From the NCBI RefSeq assembly GCF_037042905.1, contig NW_026974241.1, positions 1-64,000 on the forward strand: 64,000 nucleotides of DNA, in the 5' to 3' direction. This DNA comes from Lytechinus pictus (lineage: Eukaryota). The translations under genes and the position numbers were made by a program. Below are positions 37,528 to 51,100 of the stretch, piece after piece. The number at the start of each line of letters is the position of its first letter. Positions within the stretch are counted from its first letter, which is position 1. The notes under the pieces were generated by a model. The model was not told the origin of the DNA, did not search any database, and worked only from the letters and a program-made list of their open reading frames with translations.

Positions 37528-38129
37528 AGGATAATCCAACTATGGTCATACAATGTTGCGTTAGAAAAGAGAAAATTAAGAATAACAGAATGGTGAAAGT
37601 TTGAAAGAAATCGAACAAGAAATAAGAAAGTTATGGCTGCTTTAAAATTGATATCCTAACGACTATGTAGATTTCAAATTGGCAGCTGGGTAAGTAAATT
37701 ATGACAAGGGGCAAAGACAACTTTCCCAAAGGCCATGTACATAATTATTATGATTTTGTGGTTTTCTCCCAAGTTCCTATTCCCCTGGGGCAGTAATCAA
37801 TCAAAATATTACCCAGGTAGCATATTATTTTATGTCCTCATGAAAAGAAAAAATAAATTTGAAGTAAAACTGTTTAAAAAATGACATTTTAGCCATTACA
37901 CACATTGGAATAAGTGGAAGAGTGCATAGTCATTGCCTTACATCACTATGACATCACAAATGCAGCCAATTTGAACTCTCCATGGGTATAGTTATTACCA
38001 ATTTTTACAGCTTAAAAAAAATCATAACTTTCTTATTGTTTATCCGATAATGTTCAAACTTCCACGTATCGACTTTTCTGATTTTTCCTTTTCCTCTAAA
38101 AACAACTTTTCATTTGGGTAGGATTCCCT
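37528..38129. mobile_element. Degenerate Kolobok-type MITE
   Basis: Ends aggataatccaac / gtaggattccct. Subterminal blocks (aaagtttgaaagaaatcgaacaagaaataagaaagttatg and its reverse complement) resemble 4162-4732 and 62899-63480. Confidence 0.5.
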
Positions 38130-38798
38130 TCAAATTTTATTTTGATCAATAAAAAATGAAAGAGGAAAGTTACTCATCCGACAAGATTCCAGTAGCCATT
38201 TGCCTTCATATTCAATTCAATTCACTTCATTTGTTTGACATCCTTTAAAACAAACGCATGTATAAGGATAATAAGATACAACAAAAAAGATTACAAGAAT
38301 TTAAATAACAATATAAGCAATAAAAATAGTAGAAATTTAAAAGAAATGAAAAGAAAATGTAGTGGCTGTATATGAAGTCAGAAAGGCCTGTCAAAGCCGA
38401 CTACCTTGGTTACTACATTATTGTACAATTAAAATACAAATAGAATAGTGCCAAACCGACACGAACAATACTTTTAATTTTGTCAATGATTATCAAAAGT
38501 TTTCTTTAAAATCTTCCCGAACTTTGCTTATGTTTTTGTCTAAGAATATAGGCATAATCGATTTGAACTTCAGAACAAAAAAAAGAAAGGGGACATCATA
38601 AAAATCTGTATATGAACCCTCATAAAGCGCTATATACTCTTTTCACATGATTATTTGACAACACTATACCGTGACTTCACGGGGCTTCTCCCCCGATTCG
38701 TGTATTTCAAAGAAAGTAAACAGATAGGCATGACAGGAGAAGAATGAAAATGGAAGTGTTTTTTTTCCCCAACCTTTCAGTGGGGCATGAAATGACGC

Positions 38799-38814
38799 AT
38801 TGCGCATGCGCAAT
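38799..38814. promoter_or_regulatory. NRF1/P3A2-type palindrome upstream of SLC1A
   Basis: Perfect 16-bp palindrome ATTGCGCATGCGCAAT, ~365 bp upstream of ATG 39177; contains the NRF1 consensus TGCGCATGCGCA. Confidence 0.5.
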
Positions 38815-39176
38815 AAGTTCTAAAACAAGAAAGTTTCTCTACAAACTTCGCACTGCATGTTGACACCAGATCTGATCACTCGCTGAAAGAAGAACTCAAG
38901 TTTTAGGAACTCTCCGACAAAAAAACTATGCAAGCAATTGCAGTTCGAGACTAGCTGTATGCACCTTTGAAAGTTGGCTCCACCTGTTAAATATCCATTT
39001 AAAAGTTCTGCATTATTCATTTCTCACCAAACATACGAGGGTGTCTTCTGCATTTGAGACAAACACCCTGGAAAGATTGTCATTCGGAAAACCGTTTCGG
39101 AGTTAAGTTCGAGATCTTTTAGAAACTTAAGATTTCAGCAGACTGATTGAACCTACCTTTTCAAAACAACAGCAAC

Positions 39177-42100
39177 ATGGCAGACACGGAAATGGGGGTA
39201 AAAGATGCAGGAGATGCGAAATCTGAGAAAACATTCTGTCAGAAGTTAACAGAATTTCTCTTCAAGAACCTCCTCCTTATTCTCATGATCCTGTCCCTAA
39301 TTCTTGGATGCTGTGTTGGTTTTGGGATCAAGCTCGGATCTGATCGCGATTTCACTTCGGACGAGATCAAATATATCAGCTTTCCAGGGACAATCTTTCT
39401 CAACATGCTCAAGGTATGGAATGACAATTTCATTTTATTTCTGCCCTACCTGTATTCACTCGCTTCGTTCGCTCGTAGCCTTTAAGAAATTTTGCCCCAT
39501 ACGCCATGTCTGGTCCCTCTATTTTTTCTTTGCCTCATTACGCTACTGTACCCATCAATGAGGAAGTTCAAATTGAATCAATTGATCAAAGTGATCAGTG
39601 CGGTTGCGATACAACTCACAAAATGCAATTTATGAATACAATTTATCATTTTTATTGCGATACGATATGAGTCGAGAAATGGAGGATGTACAGCGGCACC
39701 TGTTCTTTTAAAGGGTGCGTTAAGCACGTTTAGAGAGACGATGTATGTTTTTCTATGTATAATGAAGAAACGAAAGAACAAATAATTTCTTGAAAAGGCT
39801 ATTTAAAAAAAACAGGGGATATACTTTACAGAAAGAGGACACAAGGAGCTGCACTAAAAAACAAATCAGTCAAAAATGACTAGTTCATAGGGTCAGCTGG
39901 GTGCAACTGTTATTCTAGTCATATTTGACTATTATCTAGTCGTATTTTACTAGAACATGGTTATTTCTGACTAGAATATATGTCAGAAATGTGACTAACA
40001 GTGATTGCCATATCAGTTGCACCCAGCTGACTACTGGTCTAGTCAATTTGACTAATTTGTTTTAAGAGTGCGGGGACTCTTTGGGGTGTAGAGAAGGGAA
40101 AATGTAGGCTTATCATTCTTTTGGGTTCACTAAACTATTTTCAGATAGTTGTATTTCAGTCTTTAGAACCTGAGATTTTATTTCCATTTCAAACAACTAA
40201 AGATTATACTAAGATTGACATAATGGCCCGTATTCTGAAGTCGGGTTTAACTTAAACTCAGGTTTAAAGTGGTGGTTTAAGTATGGAGAGCCAATTGTTA
40301 CATAAATCACTAACAGAAGGGATATAATATTTCAGCTCATTTGGCTCTCAATTAAATCATTCATTATTGTCTATAGGAAGTATATATAGATTATTGTCTT
40401 CACCATCGATGAATCCGGAAAGAGCACAGCAAACATAAGAAACGTACAACTTAATAAAAAAAATTGATACTTTTGGCTGTCCATACTTAAACCACAACTT
40501 TAAACCTGAGTTTAACTTAAACCTGACTTCAGAATACGGGCCAATGTATTTTCTTCTAAGGTGATGATCATCCCCCTGGTCGTCACCAGTTTGATCGCCG
40601 GTATGGCGTCGCTTGACAGGCAAGCCTCGGGCAAGCTGGGTCTCCGAGCTGTCCTCTACTATTTCACGACCACTTTTATCGCAGTCATCCTCGGGATCAT
40701 CCTCGTGATGACCATTCAACCAGGCGCTCGAGGAAGCAAGGACGACATCGACTCCTCAGGCGACGTCGAAAGTGTCAACACGGCTGATGCCTTCCTCGAT
40801 CTCCTGCGGTAAGTTAAAACATCCCAAAGTCCAATCCTCGCGACTTCATCAAGTCAAGCTCAAACGAAGTATTTAATGCCTAAAACTATTCTTTCAAACG
40901 TTGTTTAATCCGATAGTTTTAAACATCTTCCTAATGTTATGAATGATTGCATTTTACTTTTGCTAATGCAAAAGATACTTCTTAAAGGTTGTCTGTCGAA
41001 AGATTAGCCATTCTTTTACAATAGTGTGTTTTCTTGAATGTCTTCATACTAGGTGAGAGAGAGAAAAAAAAAAATCAGATTTCATGAACCCTTAATCGTT
41101 TTCTTTAAATGAAATTTATACGGGGTCCCCTACAAAAATGGGATGGGATCTATCAAATATTGTTGTATTACTTTCCCCGATCACCAACTCCCCTGTTATA
41201 TAAGCCATTTGAAACAGACCTCATGTAAATATATATTATAAAAATAGAAGGTTATTATTGTATGTTTGCTTATATTATCAAAATAATTATAGTCAGTAAT
41301 GATCAGTTAGTCCATTCATATCCGTTTCGATTTCTTTCAACGTTGTAAATATTATTGTTCATGGCACTAGTGCTATCAATGCCAGACTATAAAGTAATAC
41401 AAAAGTGAAACCAATACTTGAGAAAAAAAGACAATTTCTTTTATAATGAGAATACTTTAAAATCATTTCTAGATTAACCGGATCTGCATTATTTACAGGA
41501 AGTTGGAAGGTGATTAGGAAATCCGAATAATTATTTGAGGAAAAATCTTTATAATCCCTAAATTATTTCAAGGCAATTTCCTAATTCCGTTCTCTCCAAG
41601 AACAAGCATGCAATATCAATACACTTTGTGTTCATATTTTTCTATTTCTTTGTTGTTTATTGCTAAAGGTCATGTTTGTGTACTTTATGTGCATTTATGT
41701 TTGCAATTGTTTATGATGCTGATTTGTTGCAATATTACATAAGAGTATGTGAAGGTCATGTATCATTAAGTTATTTTCATGTTGAATTGACATGTACTCT
41801 TGTATATATTTTGATATTTTGTGATATTTTGTTTGTGTTTTTCAATCATTTAACTGTATGAAACTGAAGAAGATGGAATAAAAAAATGGAATAAGGAAGT
41901 AAGTAAATGGTGTAAAAAAAGACGGAATTTTTCTTTGCACTCATCTGGGTGGGCAAAATTATCAGTATATTTGCGACACCACATGGCATATGGTTTGCTT
42001 AAATATATATATATTGTATATATATATATATTTAAGGTTATTATTGTATGTTTGCTTATATTATCAAAATAATTATAGTCAGTAATGATCAGTTAGTCCA

Positions 42101-45100
42101 TTCATATCCGTTTCGATTTCTTTCAACCCCCCCCCCATTTTTTTCAAAAGCCGTGTACAAAAACGTTTAAAAAAATGACCATATAATTGTGATTTTTTGC
42201 ATGGTCAGCCCCCCCCCCCCATTTTGAAAACCGTTCCGCGGCCCCTGTAAAAAATTACTAATCAAAAGAGGAAAATTCTTTGGTATATTATTGAACTCAA
42301 GGTCTATCGTTTTACGACGTCGAATAATAAAATATCTGTTTTGTAAATATTTCTCTTGGAGTCATTGCGGAATAAATCCGATTATTATACGGGGCCGGGA
42401 TCAGCAATAAATAGGCCAATTTATTAACAATATTATGATACACAGGTCTGGAAGATTGAATGCATGAATGGAAAATTTCAGTATTGTCCAAAATGAGTTA
42501 TATGGTGTCTGTTGATGCTTCATTTACAATATGAGCATGAAAAAACAAATTTAAAATCATCCCAAAAGTGCCCTATAAAAGGACTCTGAAATATGAGGCA
42601 GTGATTCTGGGGACGTCGGAGTGGGATGGGTAGGGGATGAGTTTGGTAGAAAATTATATTTACGATATTGGTTATTGCAGTCCCCTTCCACGCTGGTAAA
42701 CGTAAATCTTGAATCCGGGGGATTCTTATTAATAAAAGGGCCATTTTCCAATGAAATGGGACAAATCTCAGAGATAAATATCATTGACGGACATTAATAT
42801 GATTAAAATGGGCACTTTTCACATTACCATTTTATCATGTTTTTTATACACCAGGACCAAGATGCAAAACAGTAATTTTATCTCTGATCTTGTGAACCTG
42901 TTTGAATATGTGTGAATAAATTGTATTGATTCAAAAGAAAATGAAAAGTAAATAGATTGTAAAATATACATGTATGATTCTAGCTTGGTTGACCATGGAT
43001 GGAACATGGGGCTTCACTTGTTTGTACTCCTGGGGGGGGGGGGGCGTTTCATCAACATTTTTGTCCGACAAGTTGTCTGATCTGACATCTTTCCTTGATT
43101 TTGATTGGCTGAGAAGCACTGTAACTATGGTAACTGTCGGATAAAACGTCTGACATGTCCTTTCATGAAATGTTCCCCTGGTTATGCACTGTGTCAATGC
43201 TCTTTTAATGATGGGTCTTTATAGATCGTTGCTGATAATTCATGATCTATACAAATACGTTTATGAGAAGAAGGTGATGTTTTTATGGTACGATTAAAAT
43301 CAAGCATAAAAGATAGATATAGGCCTAACACAATATGTTTCAGCCAAGGTAAACCGTATTTCTAGAGATGTAAATGTGTTTGGTTTTTTTGCTTTTTTTT
43401 TACAATATAACTCAAACACGATCGGATGATGGTGACCAGGGCCCCGTCTTACAAAGAATTACGATTGATCCGATCAATCGTAACTCTATGGAAATCCATC
43501 AGTGTCATAATTTTTTTCTACGAAAAATTTGCACAATGTCCTTTGTATGCAAAGAGAAGCACAGTGAATTTTCAAGAAAACAATGAATGCATGAATATAC
43601 ATCACAGCTTGAAAATATTTTGAACAAACATGCGTAATAGATGTTGACGTTGCTGGCCGTCCATAGTTGCGATTGAACGGATCAATCGTAACTCGTTGTA
43701 AGACGGGGTCCAGGGGTGGATGCAAGGGCTTGCATCGGGGTCTCGATTCCCCCTTAAAAGATAATAATAAATAAATAAAACAAAACAATTGCTTCTATTG
43801 TGGTAACCTTTGAACTCTTTTTTTTTTATTCTTTTTTTTTTTTTGGGGGGGGGGGCTAAATTTTGCATATTACCTCCTCACTCCGCACTTCGACCCGGCT
43901 CCTCTCCCCGATGGTAAAAAACACGAGTTTTCCTGTCTCACCCATTGACTGCATCTGCAATGTGTTGGCGGCAAACAGGTAGAAAATTGAATTACAAATA
44001 CAGTAAGAACTGCGGCTGTGTTTGCTATAATGACGGAAGAACAAACATTAAAATCAAAAGTATAATCCATACTGAAAGATTAAGGATGAATTTCTTCCCT
44101 TTTATCACGATGTTTGGTTAAGCAGATCTCTCTACCTACACCTTCGTACATCACAAAGGAACCTCAAACCCGGATTGTAGGAGAATCAAATATTTAGTTA
44201 ATTTTACAAACATTTGAAGAGAGGACCACACCCACTCTTTATAAACATCTTTCACTCCTTGTTCAAATCATCTTAGTTTCGAAAAGTTTGGAAAACGGTA
44301 ATATTTGCGGTCTCTACACAGTAACAATGCTGTTTAGAATTCTATCCAACGTTGTTTATTATATGGACCTTGCAGTAATTGTTTAAGGCCCGTATTTTGA
44401 AGTCGGGTTTAACTTAAACTCAGGTTTAAAGTTGTGGTTTAAGTATGGATAGCCAATTGTTACATAAATCACTAACAGTAGAGATATCATATTTCAGCTC
44501 ATTTGGCTCTCAAATCATTCATAATTGTCTAGGAAGTATAAATAATATGATTGTCTTCACCATTGAAGAATCAGGAAAGAGCACAGTAAATATAAAAAAC
44601 ATACAAATGGCTCGTATTCTGAAGTCAGGTTTAATTTAGACCATGATGTAATTCATGAAGAGAATACGAAGCACTTAATTTGCCTTGTGAAATAATGTGA
44701 GCGCACAAGTGCGAGCTGAAAATGTTTGATAATCAGTACTTTTTTGTAAGCATGAACATAATGAAAATCTTTCTCAAACAAAAGAATGAAAACTCGAATC
44801 GCGAGCAAAATTATTTGTGTATATTTACTTTAAAATGTGATATTTAAAGCTCCATGTAGTTCTCTTGAAAGGATTATCTCCATGAAAAGGGAATGCGAGC
44901 GCGAAGCGCGAGCGAAACTTCTATATTTATATAATGATTTTTATTTTTTTTATTTTCCAATTATTCCTCTCCCCTTATTTCATTCACATTTCTTTTTTTT
45001 CTTATCTTGCTCCAATATATATAAGTGGGAAATGAGGGGGTTTGAAGAGAAAAATGAGGAAATCCGAGCTGTGCTGCACCATCCCGAGTTTGCTCAATCT

Positions 45101-48100
45101 CGAGATTTTAGCCCGATCGGCCCACTTCGCGATTAATCTCGAGATTCAAGAAACCCCGTTAGACGGGTCAATATACGACCAAAAATAGCCTTACCCGGAA
45201 CAAATTGCAACAAATGATTTTTCAACGGTATTTTGTACTATTTGACCTCAGGAATAACATACTAAAAATCTACCAAAATCCGCATCCGGGAAAGTGGTTA
45301 TTTTCAAGATGGCGTCCAAAATGGCCGCCATTCACTGAAAATGGATACAACTGACACATTATCCACCCTAGAATACTATTTCGGTTCATATTCCATGGTC
45401 TGGGGTACAAACATTGATTTAGGCTAGGATGCATTATGAGCCCTCCAGTGTACCAGGCAAATCCAAGATGGCGCCCAAAATGGCTGCCGTAGGCTGAAAA
45501 TCCACAATTAATCTAAATTAGTTTTTTATTTAATGCTTTTAAAGGTGAAATAGTACATTGAAACAAGTTACAAGGACAGCCAGTGGTCGAGTGTGTCCAA
45601 AAATCCAAGAAGGCTTCCAAAAAATGAGTTTAAAATGGCTGTTGATAATTAAAATGGACATAGTTCATTTTATATCCGCCTGGGACATAATGATTTTGGT
45701 GTCTAGACCATGATTTCAATGGTCAAATAAGACATTGGGATAAGTTACAAGGACAGTCAGTGGAGTAGTATGTTCAAAAATCCAAGATGGCTTCCAAAAA
45801 TGGAGTCGAAAATTGCTGTTGCTACTTAAAAAAACCCGACATAGTTTGCTCAATGTCCAGAAATATGATTTTTGTGTCTATACCATGGTTAAATGGGTCA
45901 AATAATACATTGGGGCAAGTTACAAGGAAAGTCAGTGGTCTGGTATGTGCAAAAATCCTAGATGGATTCTAAAAATTGATTCTGAAACGGCTGCTAATAC
46001 TTAAAGCGGACAAAGCTCATTTCATTTTGGCCTGGATATGTGATTTTGATGTATAAACCACTGGTTTCAAGGGTCAAATAATATATTAGGATAAGTTACA
46101 AGGACAGTCAATGCTATGGTATGTCCAAAAATCGAAGATGGCGTCCAAAAAATGGTATTAGAAATATGCTGCTGATACTTAAAGCGGATCAAGCTCCTTT
46201 CATATCGGCCTGGAAATGTGATTTTGGTGTCTAAACCACTAGTTTCAAGGATCAATTAATACGTTAGGGCAAGTTACAAGGAAAGTCAGTGGCCTGGTCG
46301 GTCAAAAAATCTAAGTTGGCTTCCAAAAATTGATTCTAAATTGACTGCTGCTACTTAAAGCGGACATAGCTTATTTCATATCGGCATGGGAGATGCAATT
46401 TTGGTATCTAAACCACTGGTTTAAGGGCCAAAATAATACATTAAGACATGTTTTAAGGCCAGTCAGTGGTCTGGTATGACCAAAAATCCAATATGGCTTC
46501 CAAAACTTGATTCTTAAATGGCTGTTGATACTTTAAAGTGGCATAGCTCATTTTCAATCCGCTGTGAGATATGATTTCGGTGTCTAAACTATGGTTTCAA
46601 GGGTCAAATTATATAAATGGACAATACAATGGCAGTCAGTGGTCTAGTATGTCAAAAATTACAAGATGGCTTCCAAAAATGGAGTAAAAATATGTCTGAT
46701 GTTACTTATAAAAGGACATAGTTTGTTTAATATCTGTCTGGGGAATATGAGTTTGGTGTTAAAAGCATTGTTTAGAAGGGTCAAGTAATACACTAGGGTA
46801 AGTTACAAGACCAGTCAGTTGTCTGTTTAAAAAAAAATCCAAGATTACTTCCAAAAAATGGGGTGTAAATTGACTGTTGCTACTTAAAAGTATGCATAGT
46901 TTATTATAAATACACCTTGGAGGTATGATTTTGCTGTCTATACTAGAGTTTACAGGGTCAAGCAATACCTTGGGTTAAGTTGAAAGGACAGTCAGGTGTC
47001 AGGTATGTCCAAAAATCAAAGATGGATTTAAAAATAGGGGTCTTAAATGACTGCTGTTACTTAAAAGTGGATGTAGAACATTATAAATACACCATGGGGA
47101 TATTATTTTGGTGTCTACACTAGGGTTTCAAGGGCCAAACAATACTTTGGGACTGGTTACCATGATATGCAGCTATCCATTTTGCCTTAAAATCCAAGTT
47201 GGCTTAAAAAATGGGTTCTAAAGTGACTACTGTTACATAAAATATCTACCTGTTAGAAATAATCTTGGTGCCTACACTTAAATGCATGGGGACAAGTTAT
47301 CATATTGTTTAATGAGTTGGTAACAGCACCCATTTTGATGAAATTTTAGAATCCATCATGGATTATTTGACAAAATGGAGTACTAACCATCCTGTTTACT
47401 TGTCTGAATGTATCATTTGACCCTTCATACCACAATTTGGACACCAACATTATTTCTTGCAGATGAATATTGTAGAACTCTGACCACTATTGAATGATAT
47501 GAGTCGTTTTAGATTCCTTTAAAAACCCTCTTGTGTTTTAGGTGAACTGGACAACTGCATATCAATGTAACCAGTCCAAACGTATTATTTTAACCATGAA
47601 ACCATAGTGTGGACACCGAAATCATATCTCCTAGGTGGATTTTAAATGAACTATGTCCATTTTAAAAGTAACAGCAGTCATTTAGACTCCGATTTTTGGA
47701 AGCCATCTTGTATTTTCGACATACTGGACCACTGACTGTCCTTGTAACTAATTTTCTGCCTTTTGAAACCATGATATAGGCAACAAAATCATATGCCCTT
47801 GACGAATAAAACATGAACTATGTCCATTTTTAAATACCATCGCGGCTAATTGATACTATTTTTTAAGCCACCGTGGACTTTTGGACATACTTGACCACCA
47901 ATCGTTCTTGTAACTTATCCCAATTTATTATTTGACCCATTCAACCATGGTATAGGCACAAAAAATCATATTCCCGAATATTGAACAAACTTTGTTGGTT
48001 TTTTTTTAAGTAGCAACAGCATTTTTTACTCCATTTTTGGAAGCCATCTTGGATTTTTGAACATACTGGACCACTGACTGTCCTTGTAACTTGTCCCAAT

Positions 48101-51100
48101 GTATTATTTGACAATTGAAACCATGGTCTAGACACCAAAATCATATCTCTCAGGTTGATGTGATATGAGCTATGTCCATTTTAAGGATTAACAGCCATTT
48201 TAAACTCAATTTTTGGAAGCCATCTTGAATTTTTGGACACACCAGACCACTGGCTGTCCTTGTAACTTGTCCCGACGTACTACTTCATCATTAAAACAAT
48301 CGGATGGAAACCAAATTAAAGCCACTTAAGTAAGTAATAGATGAATTGTGGAGTTTTTAGACTACGGCATCCATTTTGGGCGCCATCTTGGATTTTCCTG
48401 GTACCCTGGAGTGCTAATATTCACTCTAACTTGTATAAATAAATTATTTTACCCATTGGACCATGGAATATGAACCCAAATATGATTCTAGGGTGGATAA
48501 TGAGTGAGTTATATCAATTTTTAGTGAATGGCGGCCATCTTGGATGACATCTTAAAAATAACCACTTTCCCGGATGCGGATTTTGGTAGATTTTTAGTAT
48601 GTTATTCCTGAGGTCAAATAGTACAAAATACCGTTGAAAAATCATTTGTTGCAATTTGTTCCGGGTCAAACCATATATTGACCCGTCTACGTCTCCACCA
48701 TCGCAAGAAGAGCGATTCCTGCTCGAGCGAGGCAACAAGCCCGATGTTACGAGCATGCGCACTTTCGGATCTTGGAGTTTCAACGGCCCGCGCTTTTGAA
48801 TAACTTCCCGCGAGTACTCCTTTCACTAGCACTTTCGCCGAATTCGACCGGTGTTATGCAACAATCCTCTCAGCTCAGCGAGTGAAGAAGTGATGTATTC
48901 TTCGTTAAATATGATGGCGGAGTAGGAGGCAACGACAGAGAGAGAGAGAGAGGGAGAGAAGGAGGAAAGAAATGCTATTTGCTCACATTTTGCGAAGGAA
49001 TAAAACAACACTGCTGTCAGTGTTGTTATTGAATATGACCATCGTCGATGAGCGCCTCCCCCTTCGGTCTGGTCTCTCCCAAAATCCATTCACTGGTGGG
49101 ACACCATCGTTGCTTATTAGGCAATTGATGAACGCTATTCGCATGTATAAAGTTGACTTTCGCACGTGTTTATGTTTTGACCAAGGCGGAAGTGGAACGC
49201 GAATTGCATTATGGACTGACGTCATGAATAAATTACCCCGAGTCCAATCTCGAGTGCGTCTGCACCGACGAATTAGCGGGATAATTCGTAAAATAGCGCG
49301 CTATTTTGCAAATAAACCCGAGTTGACTTGGGATTGCAATCTCGAGATTAATCCTACGAACTAGCGCGATAATTGCGTCTCCACCGCCAACTATCTCGAG
49401 ATTTTTCAGATCGGGATAATTTGCCGGATCAGAAATAGCGCGCTAATTTGAAAACTCGGGATGGTGCAGACGGCCCTTCTAGAGTGAGTTTGAAAATTTC
49501 CGCGTATTTTCAGATTCAAATCTATTTCCTTCAATATTTTGTATTTCCAGTCTTTTCACCCCTATAAGTATATTCGTAATTTTCCTTACAACATTGCATT
49601 ATGAAGGGTGAAAATTCCCGAAAAAGACATAGCCATGGGAAGCGTGGGAGTAGAATCATCGATTTTTATGAAAATGTTTTCTTTCTCTCTTTCATTTTTA
49701 GAGATGTGCCCCCGCTCCTCCTTCCGCTTCCACCGCTTTTGTTAACAGGTCCGTTTGCAGACCGGTATATTAAATATTTCACCTCGCGCTTCGCGCTCAG
49801 AAGGATAGTTGAATCGTTCATGATTTCAAAAGCTGCCCAAATTTGCCCAATTTTCTGGTCTAAATATATGAAATATCCAAAAGTTGGAACTCGCACTTCG
49901 TGATAGCATGATATTTTTCAAGGGATAACCGTTATCATGTTTGTAAGAATGAAGCTAAGGCGTACTTAAGGCTTCAGTCTTTTAGTCAGGATTAACCCCT
50001 AAAAAACAAACAAACAAACAACTAAAATCAGATTTTGGCGGCCTATCGGGGGAAAATCAGAATGAAAAAAGTTCCGCCTACATGAAAACTGGATCTGCAT
50101 GCCCCTGGGTATGACGAAAGAAAATATAACTGAGGTGAATGAGGAACATGCACTAATACCTTGCATGACTCATGGTTATCGGACGTAAATAATCGGTACC
50201 GATTTCTTTCGGTAATCAGGACCTCCAACTCCCCCACCCCCTCCTGGAAATGGCGCCCATCTACAACCCGAATTTCACCCAATCTCGCCAAAAGTTTAAC
50301 GTAAAATTTTCCGAAACTTAAAGAAATTGCTGGATATTATCAGGGGATTTTATATACGCCTGTATGCAGAACTAACCCGTTGGATATCAAACACACTATG
50401 CCAAAATGTATTGTTCTTTTAAATAAAAATGAATGACATAACTGCTGACATTACTGAAAAGATTACATTGTTTGATCTAATGATAGTATTGCCAATACTG
50501 CATGCAGGATAGTCATTCCAATATGGTAGTGTGTCTTTCCAATTTTTTGCTAACATAGCTGAAAAGGTTTAAACTTGGTTATATATTATTTCCTGATATT
50601 TCCTCTAATACAAACATGTTGATTGTAAATTTTGTTTGTCCATATTCATTCTCACTCCAACATGAGTAAACACCTGTCATGTTTTCAGTAATGTTATCAA
50701 TGAAAAGAGCATGGTTGGGAAGAATAGATACCCCTTCTGGAAAGGTGTCTTCCATAGAGAGAGGTTGCCGCCCACGATATGTCACTGACTAGTGAATTAA
50801 GTAGGATGTGACAAATCACAGTTTTAACTTTTTAAACAACTTTTCTTTAATTGTTTAAACAGTTTAAACAATAGTTGTTACAGTGATGGGCTTAAACAAC
50901 GTACTTAAAATATTAAACAGCGTTTTTACAGTGTTGGGCGAGGTAGCTCGATCATTGTTTCACCAATAAATGAAATTAGAGTGTGATCCAGTCCCGAGCA
51001 CCTCTGTAGTCACATGTCCAAAATATATGCAACAAATTTAACAACTTTGATAAGTTTTAGGCCAGGAATAGTTCTTTTAAATACAAAGAGAAAAGAGGTA

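Noticed and set aside
43873-43980. Possible minus-strand exon with a GAG|GTAAT donor as the missing WDR70 5' exon
   Set aside because: The translation shows no resemblance to the WDR70 N-terminus and there is no other support.
45560-48290. CRISPR-like or coding repeat array
   Set aside because: Eukaryotic context; whole ~177-bp units are homologous with no unique spacers; no ORF.
48514-49364. Overlapping ORFs in GC-richer sequence
   Set aside because: This is the interior of non-autonomous TIR elements; no recognisable domain.
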